From: an uncultured delta proteobacterium
GTDB taxonomy: Bacteria; Desulfobacterota; Desulfobacteria; Desulfobacterales; SpSt-501
DNA: 64,000 nt
Direction: 5' to 3'
Assembly (NCBI GenBank): GCA_963828345.1
Contig: CAWHEZ010000043.1
Location: 7,918-71,917 of the forward strand
The notes below the pieces were generated by a model, which saw nothing but the letters and a program-made list of their open reading frames with translations, was not told where the DNA came from and did not search any database. Numbering within the stretch: position 1 is the stretch's first letter; every line of letters starts with the position of its first letter. Made by a program: the position numbers and the translations under genes. Below are positions 16,347-25,395 of this stretch, piece by piece.

Positions 16347-18494
16347 CTACCCCAGCCGTCGGGCATCCTGGACCTGCCGGACCTTCCTCACCGCCGAGAG
16401 AATCCGCTCCAGGTGCCCGGTGTTCTCCACGTTGATGGTGAAGTGACTCTCGACCATCTTGTTTTCCGTGGTCTCGGAGCTGGCGGTCAGGATGTTGGCC
16501 CCGAGCTTGCTGATGTTGCCCACCAGGTCGGCCAGCAGCCCCATGCGGTCCTGTGAAATCACCTCGATCTTGACCGGGAAGGTTTCGGCCGACTCCGTGT
16601 TCCATTCCACCTCGATCTGACGGTCCGGGTTGCTGCGCAACGCGTTCACGCAGCCGGCCCGGTGGATCGTCACCCCGTAGCCCTGCGTGATGTAGCCGAT
16701 GATGGGGTCCCCCGGCACCGGCTGGCAGCACCTGCCGAATTTGATCAGGATGTCATCCACCCCCCTGACGAGCACGCCCGCCTTGGTCTTCTTCTTGCGC
16801 ACGCGGCTCATCAGCTTTTCCAGGATGGATGCGCCCGATTCCACCTCCGGCTTCGCAATGAACGGCCGCAGCACCTGCACGGGGGTGGCCTTCCCGTAGC
16901 CGACGTTGGCGACGAGATCCTCCAGGGTCTTCAGGCCCAGCGCCGCGACCACCTCGGTCATTTTTTCGCTCTTGCTGAGGGTGGTGAAGCTCAGCTTCTC
17001 CTTGCGGAAGGCCTTGTCGAGCATTTCGCGGCCGAGGGTGATGCTGCGCTCCCGCTCCTGGGTCTTGATCCACTGCCGGATCTTGGAGCGGGCCTTGATG
17101 GTTTTGACGAACTTCAGCCAGTCCTTGCTCGGGCTGTGGTTCTTGGAGGTGACGATCTCGACGATGTCCCCGGTCTGCAGCTGGTACGGCAGGCTGACCA
17201 TGTGCCCGTTGATCTTGGCCCCCACGCACTTCTGACCGATCTCGGTGTGGATCAGGTAGGCGAAGTCCACCGGCGTCGCCCCCTTGGGCAGCGCCCGGAT
17301 GTCCCCCTTGGGGGTGAACACGTAGACCTCGTCCGGGAAGAGATCCAGCCGCACGTTTTCCAGGAATTCGCCCGCGTCCCTGAAGTTGTCCTGGTTCTCC
17401 ACCAGATCCTGGATCCAGGCGAACTTCTTGCTGATGTTCTCATCGATGCTCCGGCCTTCCTTGTAGCTCCAGTGGGCGGCGATCCCGGACTTGGCCACGC
17501 GGTCCATCTCCCAGGTGCGGATCTGGATTTCGATGCGCTCGCCCACCGGGCCGATGACGGTGGTGTGCAGGGACTGGTACATGTTCGGCTTGGGGCGGCC
17601 GATGTAGTCCTTGAACTTGTAGTCGATCGGCTTCCACATGGAGTGGATCAGACCGAGGGCTTCGTAGCACTGGGGCACGGTGTCCAGGATGATGCGGAAG
17701 GCGATGAGGTCGTAGATCTGCTCGAAGGTCAGGTTCTGGGCCTTCATCTTCGAGTGGATGCTGAAGTAGTTCTTGCTGCGGCCGAGCACCTCGCCCTTGA
17801 GGTTCATCTCCTCCAGGCGCCGGCGGATGGTGGCGCGCACGTTCTCGATATACTGCTCGCGCTCGGTCCTGGACTTGGCGACCAGCAGCTCGATCTGGGC
17901 GTACTCGTCCGGGTTCAGGTATTTGAAGGAGTTCTCCTCCAGCTCGTTCTTGATCCAGTAGATCCCGAGCCGGGCGGCGATGGGCGCGTAGATGTCCATC
18001 GTCTCCCGTGCGATGGCTTTGCGTTTTTCGGGGGAGTGGAAGCGCAGGGTGCGCATGTTGTGCAGCCGGTCGGCCAGCTTGATGAGGATCACGCGGATGT
18101 CGTCGGCCATGGCGAGGAACATCTTGCGGATGTTCTCGGCCTGGCGCTCCTGCGAGCTCGACGTGGGCAGCAGGCTCAGCTTGGTGACCCCCGAGACAAT
18201 GCGCTCCACGTCGGGGCCGAAGAGGTCCCGCAGCTCGGTCGGCCGGGTCGGCGTGTCCTCGAGCACGTCGTGCAGGAGCCCGGCCGCGACACTGACGGCA
18301 TCCAGCTTCATGTCGGCCAGGATGTTGGCGACTTCCAGGGGGTGCATGAGGTAGGGCTCGCCGGACAGGCGCACCTGTCCGGCATGGACCCGCGCCGAGT
18401 AGATGTAGGCGCGCTCAACCACATCCACGTCGGGGTTGGGGTAGTACTCGGAGATCTTGTCGAGGATGTTGTTGATTCGGATCATCGCGTGCAC
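16347..18494 (-). CDS. rel: Bifunctional (p)ppGpp synthetase/hydrolase, RelA/SpoT family
   Basis: HD hydrolase domain (HPLEVA..LLHDVLEDT), the RelA_SpoT synthetase domain, and TGS and ACT C-terminal domains. 715 aa. Confidence 0.95.
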   Translation of the reverse strand: MHAMIRINNILDKISEYYPNPDVDVVERAYIYSARVHAGQVRLSGEPYLMHPLEVANILADMKLDAVSVAAGLLHDVLEDTPTRPTELRDLFGPDVERIVSGVTKLSLLPTSSSQERQAENIRKMFLAMADDIRVILIKLADRLHNMRTLRFHSPEKRKAIARETMDIYAPIAARLGIYWIKNELEENSFKYLNPDEYAQIELLVAKSRTEREQYIENVRATIRRRLEEMNLKGEVLGRSKNYFSIHSKMKAQNLTFEQIYDLIAFRIILDTVPQCYEALGLIHSMWKPIDYKFKDYIGRPKPNMYQSLHTTVIGPVGERIEIQIRTWEMDRVAKSGIAAHWSYKEGRSIDENISKKFAWIQDLVENQDNFRDAGEFLENVRLDLFPDEVYVFTPKGDIRALPKGATPVDFAYLIHTEIGQKCVGAKINGHMVSLPYQLQTGDIVEIVTSKNHSPSKDWLKFVKTIKARSKIRQWIKTQERERSITLGREMLDKAFRKEKLSFTTLSKSEKMTEVVAALGLKTLEDLVANVGYGKATPVQVLRPFIAKPEVESGASILEKLMSRVRKKKTKAGVLVRGVDDILIKFGRCCQPVPGDPIIGYITQGYGVTIHRAGCVNALRSNPDRQIEVEWNTESAETFPVKIEVISQDRMGLLADLVGNISKLGANILTASSETTENKMVESHFTINVENTGHLERILSAVRKVRQVQDARRLG

Positions 18495-18596
18495 GACCGG
18501 GGCCGCTGCCCCCGCACCGGGGCAGGACCGGCAGGACCGGAATGCGGGGCGGGGGGCGGGCGGCGGCCGCCGCCCGTCCCCGCAGCCCGCATCCGA

Positions 18597-20114
18597 TCAA
18601 TAGGCTTTCGCGAACACCACCCGGTGCTGACCGGGACGGCCGCAGTAGAGGCAGCGGCCCGGGTCGCCCTCCTGCTCGAAGGGGATGCAGCGGATGGTGA
18701 CGGTCAGGTCTTCCTTGATCTTGGCCTCGCAGGCCGGGTCCCCGCACCAGCTGGATGCGGCAAAGCCGCCGTGGATCTCGGGCTTGTCCAGGTTGCGCGG
18801 CGTGAAGAAGTCGTAGAACTCGCCCTTGTCGTCGATCTGAACGGTGTTCTCGATGCGGAAGGCCTGCGCCCGGGCGAACATCCCGTTCTGGATGTCGTCC
18901 AGGATGCCGGTGACCTCGACCGTGAAGGCGTCGCGCTTCAGCGACACCCGCTCGTTGTGCGGCTTGTCGCGGCGCCCCAGGAACACCGCGTTGTCCTTGA
19001 TCTCGCGCGAGCCGATCTCGACCCGCAGCGGGATGCCTTTCTTGATCCACTCCCAGCCGCGGGCGCCGCCGATGTCGCGCGGGTCGACCTCGACCGTGAG
19101 CGGCCGGTCGTAGTACATCTTGTCCCGGAGCTCCCGGGCGAGGCTCTCGGTGTAGGCCATGACCGCCTGCCGCTCGTCGGGGTTGCGGGTGATGGGCAGC
19201 AGCACGATGTGCGCCGACGCCCCGCGGGGCGGCATGACGATCCCGTCGTCGTCCCCGTGGGTCATGATGACCCCGCCGATCAGGCGCGTGGACGCCCCCC
19301 AGGAGGTGGTCCAGGCGTACTCCTCCTTTTCCTCGGCCGACTGGAACTTGATCTGCGACGCCTTGGCGAAGTTCTGCCCGAGGAAATGGGAGGTCCCGGC
19401 CTGCAGCGCCTTGCGGTCCTGCATCATGGACTCGATGCACAGCGTGTCCACGGCCCCCGGGAAGCGCTCGGCCGCCGTCTTGCGGCCCCGGATGACCGGC
19501 ATGGCCAGGACCTCTTCGGACAGGCGCGCGTAGATGTCCAGCATCATCATCGTCCGCTCCCAGGCCTCCTCGCGCGTGGCATGAGCCGTGTGGCCCTCCT
19601 GCCAGAGGAACTCGCTCGTGCGCAGGAAAATCCGCGTGCGCATCTCCCAGCGCACGACGTTCCCCCACTGATTCAGCACGATCGGCAGGTCGCGGTAGCT
19701 GCTGATCCACTTCGAAAAAGAATCCGCGATAATGGTTTCGGAGGTGGGACGCACCACCAGGGGCTCGGCCAGCACACCGGCCGGCACGAGCTCGCCCCCC
19801 CGCTTCTCCAGCCGGTGGTGGGTCACCACGGCGCACTCCTTGGCGAAGCCTTCGACGTGCTCGGCCTCCTTCTGCATGAAGCTCAGCGGGATGAACAGCG
19901 GGAAATAGGCGTTCTTGACCCCGGTCGCCTTGAACATGCGATCCATGGAGTGCATGATGTTTTCCCAGAGGGCGTAGCCCCAGGGCTTGATGATCATGCA
20001 TCCCCGCACCGGGGACCGTTCGGCCATGTCGGACGCCTTGATGACCTGCTGGTACCACTCGGGGTAATCCTCGGCGCGGGTCGGGGAAATCGCGGATTTC
20101 GGTTTCTTGCTCAT
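18597..20114 (-). CDS. proS: Proline--tRNA ligase (archaeal/eukaryote-like short type)
   Basis: Class II aaRS motifs with the typical N-terminus ..EDYPEWYQQVIKASDMAE.SPVRGCMIIKPWGYALWE. The C-terminal Zn-binding-like domain ends in ..FAKAY. Confidence 0.95.
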   Translation of the reverse strand: MSKKPKSAISPTRAEDYPEWYQQVIKASDMAERSPVRGCMIIKPWGYALWENIMHSMDRMFKATGVKNAYFPLFIPLSFMQKEAEHVEGFAKECAVVTHHRLEKRGGELVPAGVLAEPLVVRPTSETIIADSFSKWISSYRDLPIVLNQWGNVVRWEMRTRIFLRTSEFLWQEGHTAHATREEAWERTMMMLDIYARLSEEVLAMPVIRGRKTAAERFPGAVDTLCIESMMQDRKALQAGTSHFLGQNFAKASQIKFQSAEEKEEYAWTTSWGASTRLIGGVIMTHGDDDGIVMPPRGASAHIVLLPITRNPDERQAVMAYTESLARELRDKMYYDRPLTVEVDPRDIGGARGWEWIKKGIPLRVEIGSREIKDNAVFLGRRDKPHNERVSLKRDAFTVEVTGILDDIQNGMFARAQAFRIENTVQIDDKGEFYDFFTPRNLDKPEIHGGFAASSWCGDPACEAKIKEDLTVTIRCIPFEQEGDPGRCLYCGRPGQHRVVFAKAY

Positions 20115-21277
20115 CGTCGGTGCATGTCCTCTGGAGTCTCAGTGTTTGGTTTTTGGTGTTTGGTGTTTGGGTCCTTCGGTCCCTTTAGTCCCTTTGGTCC
20201 CTTTGGTCCAAGTTGCTCTTCCATCGCCCGCACTTCCGCGAGGAGCACGTCCAGGAGCTGCCCCTCGGGGAACTTCTTCACCACCCGTCCCTTCCGGAAC
20301 AGGACGCCCACTCCGTCGCCGCCGGCGACCCCGATGTCGGCCTCGCGCGCCTCCCCCGGGCCGTTGACGACGCAGCCCATGATGGCGATGCGGATCGGGG
20401 CGACCGACCCCGCCAGGGCCTGCTCGACCTGCTCGACGATCCGGAACAGGTCGATGCGGGTGCGCCCGCAGGTCGGGCAGGCGATGATCTCCGGGCCGCG
20501 CTGCCGGATACCGAGCGCGCGCAGGATCTCGAACCCGGCCCGGACTTCCTCGACCGGGTCGCGGGTCAGCGACACGCGCAGGGTGTCGCCGATCCCCTCG
20601 GCCAGCAGCATGCCGATGCCGAGCGCCGACTTGACCAGCCCTGAAAACAGGGTGCCGGCCTCGGTCACCCCGAGGTGCAGCGGCAGGTCCGTCCGGGCGG
20701 ACAGCAGCCGGTAGGCCGCCACGGTGCGCGGGACATCGGATGCCTTGAGAGACACCTTGAGATCGTGGAAATCGAACGAGCGCAGCAGGTCGATGTGGCG
20801 CAGGGCGCTCTCGACCATGCCCTCGGGCGTGGCGCCATTATATTTTTTAAGGATGTCCTTTTCAAGCGACCCCGCGTTCACCCCGATGCGGATGGGGATG
20901 CCGCGCTCCCGGGCGCAGTCGGCGACCGCGCGCACCTTCCGGGCCCCGCCGATATTCCCCGGGTTGATCCGCAGACCGTCGGCGCCGGCTCGCGCGGCCG
21001 CGATGGCCAGGCGGTGGTCGAAGTGGATGTCGGCGAGGACCGGGATGCGCACCTGCGCCTTGATGCGGGCGAGGGCGCCGGCCGCATCGGCGTCCGGGAC
21101 CGCCACCCGGACGATGTCGCAACCGGCCGCCTCCAGGCGCCGGATCTGGGCGACCGTCGCGGCGACATCCGGGGTCGGCGTGTTGGTCATGGACTGGACC
21201 GTCACCGGGGCGCCCCCGCCGACGGCCACCCCGCCCACCGTGATCGCCCGCGTGGCCTTGCGCCGGATCGGGTTCAT
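20111..21277 (-). CDS. ispG: 4-hydroxy-3-methylbut-2-en-1-yl diphosphate synthase (flavodoxin), with a repeat-encoded C-terminal tail
   Basis: The N-terminus is MNPIRRKATRAITVGGVAVGGGAPVTVQSMTNT. The Cys ligands are present (ACPTCGR, GCVVNGPGE). I prefer the ATG at 21277. The last ~32 codons read through the word array 20142-20209, and the stop overlaps the proS ATG (ATGA). Confidence 0.9.
   Translation of the reverse strand: MNPIRRKATRAITVGGVAVGGGAPVTVQSMTNTPTPDVAATVAQIRRLEAAGCDIVRVAVPDADAAGALARIKAQVRIPVLADIHFDHRLAIAAARAGADGLRINPGNIGGARKVRAVADCARERGIPIRIGVNAGSLEKDILKKYNGATPEGMVESALRHIDLLRSFDFHDLKVSLKASDVPRTVAAYRLLSARTDLPLHLGVTEAGTLFSGLVKSALGIGMLLAEGIGDTLRVSLTRDPVEEVRAGFEILRALGIRQRGPEIIACPTCGRTRIDLFRIVEQVEQALAGSVAPIRIAIMGCVVNGPGEAREADIGVAGGDGVGVLFRKGRVVKKFPEGQLLDVLLAEVRAMEEQLGPKGPKGLKGPKDPNTKHQKPNTETPEDMHRR
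20142..20209. repeat. Composite word array (GTGTTTGG words plus GGTCCCTTT words) lying inside the ispG 3' end
   Basis: Read directly: gtgtttggtttttggtgtttggtgtttgg followed by gtccttcggtccctttagtccctttggtccctttggtcc. No complementary arm is nearby. Confidence 0.7.
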
Positions 21278-21616
21278 GCGATTAGTCGCCTCCCGGTTCA
21301 CGCGTCCGGACCGCCTCCCGGGGCTCCCAGCACCCGGACGGCCGGTGGTTTTTGCCCCAGGGGTTGCCAAGCGCACCCCGCCTGTGGTAGGGTCCGTGCA
21401 CCAACATTCAATCGGTTGTCCCAACGAAGGTCCTGTTCGTTTCACGCGCACCCGGCACCCCACCCGGATCGCGCACCGCATACCCGAGTCCCAGGCAGAA
21501 CGCCGACCCGATCGCTGCCGGATTGTTGCGCACCGCCCATCCTTTCACGAGAGCGAAGGGCGGATCTTCGGGTTTCATAACAGACACGTGGGGGCACATC
21601 AAGCAGGGAGTTTGAC

Positions 21617-22036
21617 ATGAAGGTGAAGGGGGATCAACCACTTGCAGGCGCTCCGACCGCGGCCGTCGACCCGGCGCTGCGCGCGGCGCTGGCCGGCATG
21701 ACCGCCCTCCCCTGCTCCGTGGCGTTCGAGATCTCCGCCCGGACAGGGAAACAACCGGCCGAGGTCGGGGCGACGGCCGACCGCCTGGGCATCCGGCTGA
21801 CGACCTGCCAGCTCGGACTTTTCGGGTACAGCCCCGACAAAAAGATCGTCGCACCAGCCGCCGTGGTCGAACCGGAGCTCGAGCAGGCCATCCGGGCGAA
21901 ACTCACGGGGGGACGGCTGGCATGTCGGGACGCCTGGGCGCTGGCTCAGGCCTTTCGCCGGACGAAACTGGCCCTGAGCGCGGCCTGCGAGACGCTCGAG
22001 GTCAAGATCAAACCCTGCCAGCTGGGAGCATTTTGA
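21617..22036 (+). CDS. Hypothetical protein with an internal duplication, each half ending in C-Q-L-G-x-F
   Basis: 139 aa, with RBS GGGAG upstream. Two ~45-aa halves align (..LPCSVAFEISARTG..RLGIRLTTCQLGLF / ..LACRDAWALAQAFR..TLEVKIKPCQLGAF). I recognise no family. Confidence 0.5.
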   Translation: MKVKGDQPLAGAPTAAVDPALRAALAGMTALPCSVAFEISARTGKQPAEVGATADRLGIRLTTCQLGLFGYSPDKKIVAPAAVVEPELEQAIRAKLTGGRLACRDAWALAQAFRRTKLALSAACETLEVKIKPCQLGAF

Positions 22037-22083
22037 GCAGGAGGTGACGCGTCACCCAGGTCGTGGTTTCGAAAGGAGGTCCT

Positions 22084-23520
22084 ATGTACACATGCTTGCG
22101 CAAACGGCGGCTGCTGCGGGTCGGCGTGCGGACGGCGCTGATCGCCGCCGGCGCCGCGGCGGCTCTGGTCCCGGCGGGAGCCGTCACGGACGGGCAGCCC
22201 GATTCGAGTCTTCATCACATTCTCGCCCAGGGGGAATTGAGGGTCATCACCGGCAACTCGCCGCTCAGCTTCCACACGTATCGCAACGAAGCGATGGGCT
22301 TCGACTACGAGCTGGCCCGGGAGTTCGCCGCTCACCTGAACGTCAGGCTGAAGGTCATCCCCAGGGAGACGTGGCGGGACATGGTCTCCGCCCTCGAGGC
22401 CGGGGAAGGCGATCTCATCGCCGGAGCCGAGATCACGCCCACGCGCTCGGTGCAGGTGGCGTTCTCGAACTCGTACATGGAGGTCCAGCAGCACATCATC
22501 TCCAACCGCGACCGGGCGCCGCTCACGAGTCCCAACGACCTCTCCGGCCGGACGGTCGACCTCGGCCGGGGCTCGGCGCACGTGGACTTTCTGGACGAGC
22601 TGCGGCGCCGCGGGGTCAACGTCTCGGTCCGCACCCACGACCACCTGTCGGACGGCAGCCTGGTCCCGCTCGTGGCCAGGGGCGAAATCGACAGCACGAT
22701 CGTCACCAGCAATGTGGCCTTCCTCAGCCGCCGCTATTACCCCTCCACCGCCGTCCGCAGCCTGGGCGAGGAGGCTTTCGTCTCGCTCGGGTGGGCCGTG
22801 CCGCCGCCCGCCCAGGCGCTGCTCGGGAGGGTCAACGAGTTCCTGCAGTCCATCACCGCGAGCGGTCGGTTCGACGATATCTACTCGAAATACCACCCGA
22901 ACATCGAGGCCTTCGACTACGTCGACCTGAAGGCGTTTCACGAAAGCATGCGCAGCCGCCTGCCGCGTTACCGCCCGTTCATCAAGGACGCAGCCCGCAA
23001 GAGCGGCTTCGACTGGTGCCTGATCGCGGCCCAGATCTACCAGGAATCGCGCCTGGACCCCCTGGCGCTCGGGCCGAACGGCTCCCAGGGGCTGATGCAG
23101 ATCCTGCCGCTCACGGCGCGCAGCCTGAAAGTCTCGAACCCGTTCGACCCGGTGGCGAGCATCAAGGGCGGGGTGGCCTACCTGAAATCGCTCTACGACA
23201 TGTACGAAGGGGCGGATGAAACGGACCGCTTGATGACGGCCCTGGCCGCCTACAACGCCGGCCCGGGCCACGTGAACGATGCCAGGCGCCTGGCCGCCCG
23301 GATGGGGCTCGACCCCACCCGCTGGGAGTCGCTGTCCAAGGTGCTTCCCCTGCTGCGCCTGCGCCGCTACTACCAGCAGGCCGAGCAGGGGTTCTGCAGG
23401 GGCGACATCACCGTCGCTTACGTCAGGCAGATCATGACGTACTACGACATTCTGAAACGGCGGGAGTTGGACACGGCCATAGCCGCGGCGGGCACAACCG
23501 GAAAAACCGCGGTGGACTGA
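22084..23520 (+). CDS. mltF: Membrane-bound lytic murein transglycosylase F-like (solute-binding-protein domain plus SLT domain)
   Basis: N-terminal signal, an SBP_bac_3-like domain (LRVITGNSPLSFHTY..GFDYELAREFA), and an SLT catalytic region (IAAQIYQESRLDP..GSQGLMQILP..AYNAGPGHV). ATG at 22084 after GGAGG. Confidence 0.85.
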   Translation: MYTCLRKRRLLRVGVRTALIAAGAAAALVPAGAVTDGQPDSSLHHILAQGELRVITGNSPLSFHTYRNEAMGFDYELAREFAAHLNVRLKVIPRETWRDMVSALEAGEGDLIAGAEITPTRSVQVAFSNSYMEVQQHIISNRDRAPLTSPNDLSGRTVDLGRGSAHVDFLDELRRRGVNVSVRTHDHLSDGSLVPLVARGEIDSTIVTSNVAFLSRRYYPSTAVRSLGEEAFVSLGWAVPPPAQALLGRVNEFLQSITASGRFDDIYSKYHPNIEAFDYVDLKAFHESMRSRLPRYRPFIKDAARKSGFDWCLIAAQIYQESRLDPLALGPNGSQGLMQILPLTARSLKVSNPFDPVASIKGGVAYLKSLYDMYEGADETDRLMTALAAYNAGPGHVNDARRLAARMGLDPTRWESLSKVLPLLRLRRYYQQAEQGFCRGDITVAYVRQIMTYYDILKRRELDTAIAAAGTTGKTAVD

Positions 23521-23531
23521 GCGCGGGAAGT

Positions 23532-23551
23532 ATCGGTCCGATCGGACCGAT
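23532..23551. repeat. Perfect 20-nt palindrome, GATCGGACC family, between convergent gene ends
   Basis: ATCGGTCCGATCGGACCGAT equals its own reverse complement. It lies in the 40-nt gap between the mltF and MBL-hydrolase stops. Confidence 0.8.
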
Positions 23552-23560
23552 CAAAGCCCT

Positions 23561-24190
23561 TCAGGCTCCCAGCCCCACAAAGGGGTTGCCGCGCCGCTCC
23601 TCCCCGATGGTGGTCTCCGGCCCGTGGCCGGTGTAGACCGTCACGTCGTCCGGCAGGGCAAAGAGCTTTGCGCGAATGCTGGTTTTCAGCGCGTCGAAGC
23701 TGCCGCCGGGGAAGTCCGTGCGACCGACCGAACCGGCGAAAAGCGTATCGCCCACGAACAGCGAGTCCCCCGCCAGCAGCGACACGCCCCCCGGGGTGTG
23801 GCCGGGGGTGTGGATCACCCGGAAGGTGAGCGTGCCGACCGAGATGAGGTCGCCCTCGTCGATCGTCCGGTCGGGCGGGGGCGAGTTCTCGGCGCTCATG
23901 CCCCAGGCGGCCGCGCTGCGGGACAGCAGGCTCAGCATGGGGGCGTCGAGGGCGTGGATCAGCAGGGGAGCGCCGGTGGTCTGCTTCATGCGCCGATTGG
24001 CCCCCACGTGGTCGAAGTGCCCGTGGGTGTTGATGATCTGCACGACCGTCAACTTCGCCTCGGCGAGCGCGAGCAGAATCCGGTCCGCCTCGTCCCCCGG
24101 GTCGATGACGGCCGCCTGGTGCGTCTCCTTGCAACCGACGATGAAGCAGTTGGCCTGGATCGGCCCTACCGCGAGCTTCTGGATGAGCAT
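23561..24190 (-). CDS. MBL-fold metallo-hydrolase (glyoxalase II-like)
   Basis: HxHxDH motif (THGHFDHVGAN) with downstream His/Asp ligands (HTPGHTPG, GDTLF, TGHG). 209 aa. Confidence 0.85.
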   Translation of the reverse strand: MLIQKLAVGPIQANCFIVGCKETHQAAVIDPGDEADRILLALAEAKLTVVQIINTHGHFDHVGANRRMKQTTGAPLLIHALDAPMLSLLSRSAAAWGMSAENSPPPDRTIDEGDLISVGTLTFRVIHTPGHTPGGVSLLAGDSLFVGDTLFAGSVGRTDFPGGSFDALKTSIRAKLFALPDDVTVYTGHGPETTIGEERRGNPFVGLGA

Positions 24191-24247
24191 GCGTAATCCT
24201 CCGACGCCGGCGCGGGGCGGGTGCGGACGCGGCCCCGCGTGCCGCCG

Positions 24248-24742
24248 TCAATCGTCTGTGTCCTGATCCTCTTCGTCCCCGTCCTCTTCCGCCGTGTCCT
24301 CACCCGTCGACTCCGGGCAAGGGAGCCCGGCCTCGCCGCTCTCCACCGCTGCGCGGATGCTGTCCACGATGCCGTTGATGAAGGCCCCGGAATCGTCCGT
24401 CCCGAACTTCTTGCCGATGTCCACCGCCTCGTTGATGCTGACCTTCGCGGGGATGTCGCGGCAGCAGACGAGCTCGAAGACGGCAATGCGCATGACGTTG
24501 CGGTCGACGCACGACATCCGACCCAGGCTCCAGTTCTCGGAGAAACGCTCGACCAGGTGATCGAGCTCGTCCTTGCACGCCAGGACGCCGTTGACCAGCC
24601 GCAGGAAGAACGGGCGCACCTCGGGCTTGGGGGCGAAGTTCGCGCAGAAGCGCCCGAACGTCTCTTCCGAGAACTCCTTCTGCATGTCCATGAAAAACAG
24701 CGCCTGCATGGCCAGTTCGCGCGCTTTGCGGCGGGTTCCCAT
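24248..24742 (-). CDS. nusB: Transcription antitermination factor NusB
   Basis: The N-terminus RRKARELAMQALF and RMSCVDRNVMRIAVFEL..INEAVDIGKKFG are typical of NusB. It has an acidic C-terminal tail and sits downstream of ribH. Confidence 0.95.
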   Translation of the reverse strand: MGTRRKARELAMQALFFMDMQKEFSEETFGRFCANFAPKPEVRPFFLRLVNGVLACKDELDHLVERFSENWSLGRMSCVDRNVMRIAVFELVCCRDIPAKVSINEAVDIGKKFGTDDSGAFINGIVDSIRAAVESGEAGLPCPESTGEDTAEEDGDEEDQDTDD

Positions 24743-24746
24743 GGAG

Positions 24747-25211
24747 TCAGACGGCGGCGATCAGGTTGGCCATCTCCACCGCGGACATGGCGGCGCCGAA
24801 GCCCTTGTTGTCCAGCTTGGCGCCGGCGCGCTCGATCGCCTGCTCGATGGTGTCCACCGTGATCACGCCGAAAATGACCGGCAGCCCGGTTTCCATCATG
24901 ACGGCGGCGATGCCCTTGGAGCTCTCGGCCGCGACGAAGTCGAAGTGGGGGGTGGCGCCGCGGATCACCGCCCCCAGGCACACGATGGCATCGAAGCGCT
25001 TGCTTGCGGCCACGCGCTTGGCGACCAGCGGGATCTCGAAGGCGCCCGGCACCTTGAAGATCTCGATGTCCTGGTCCTTGGCCCCGCAGCGGTTCAGCGC
25101 GTCGAGCGCGCCGCCCACCAGCTTCTCGGTGATGAAGTCGTTGTAGCGGCTCGCCACAATGGCGAACTTCTTCCCTTCCGCGTTCAGCTTCCCCTCAATG
25201 ATTTTCGGCAT
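24747..25211 (-). CDS. ribH: 6,7-dimethyl-8-ribityllumazine synthase
   Basis: 154 aa, [56 protein letters not shown]. Confidence 0.95.
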   Translation of the reverse strand: MPKIIEGKLNAEGKKFAIVASRYNDFITEKLVGGALDALNRCGAKDQDIEIFKVPGAFEIPLVAKRVAASKRFDAIVCLGAVIRGATPHFDFVAAESSKGIAAVMMETGLPVIFGVITVDTIEQAIERAGAKLDNKGFGAAMSAVEMANLIAAV

Positions 25212-25273
25212 CCTCAGCTCCTTCCCTAAATAATGGAACCCGGCAACACCTGTTCCGGTTGGTCGAGATCAGG

Positions 25274-25395
25274 CAAATCCGAAATCCGAATACCGAAATT
25301 CGAAACAAATCCCAATATCGAACCCGGAAACCAATGCCGGGCGCACGACCTGAGGCTCCGCCTGTTTCGGATTTCGAATTTCGTATTTCGAATTT
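25274..25395. repeat. Word-hairpin, CGAAAT family (copy 1), inside the rib operon
   Basis: The left arm is caaatccgaaatccgaataccgaaattcgaaacaaa (25274-25309). The right arm is ctgtttcggatttcgaatttcgtatttcgaatttt (25362-25395) and abuts the ribBA stop codon. It is homologous to 63813-63941. Confidence 0.8.

Noticed and set aside
20115-20215. The GPKGPKGLKGPK stretch in the IspG tail as a functional collagen-like (G-X-Y) domain.
   Set aside because: It has only four triplets and is produced directly by a 9-nt DNA word array that also occurs as non-coding sequence elsewhere. It is interpreted as translated repeat, not a collagen domain.
16662-20714. Very long ORFs such as 16662..20714 (1350 aa), 55724..59728 (1334 aa), 8160..10895 (911 aa), 2672..5233 (853 aa), 50031..52451 (806 aa) and 48134..50476 (780 aa).
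   Set aside because: They run antisense to genes with unmistakable conserved products (rel, proS, mcm, tgt, cbbO, helicase, transcarboxylase, sucCD). Their translations are Arg/Gly/Asp/His/Pro-rich low-complexity sequence. These are stop-poor shadow frames typical of GC-rich DNA.
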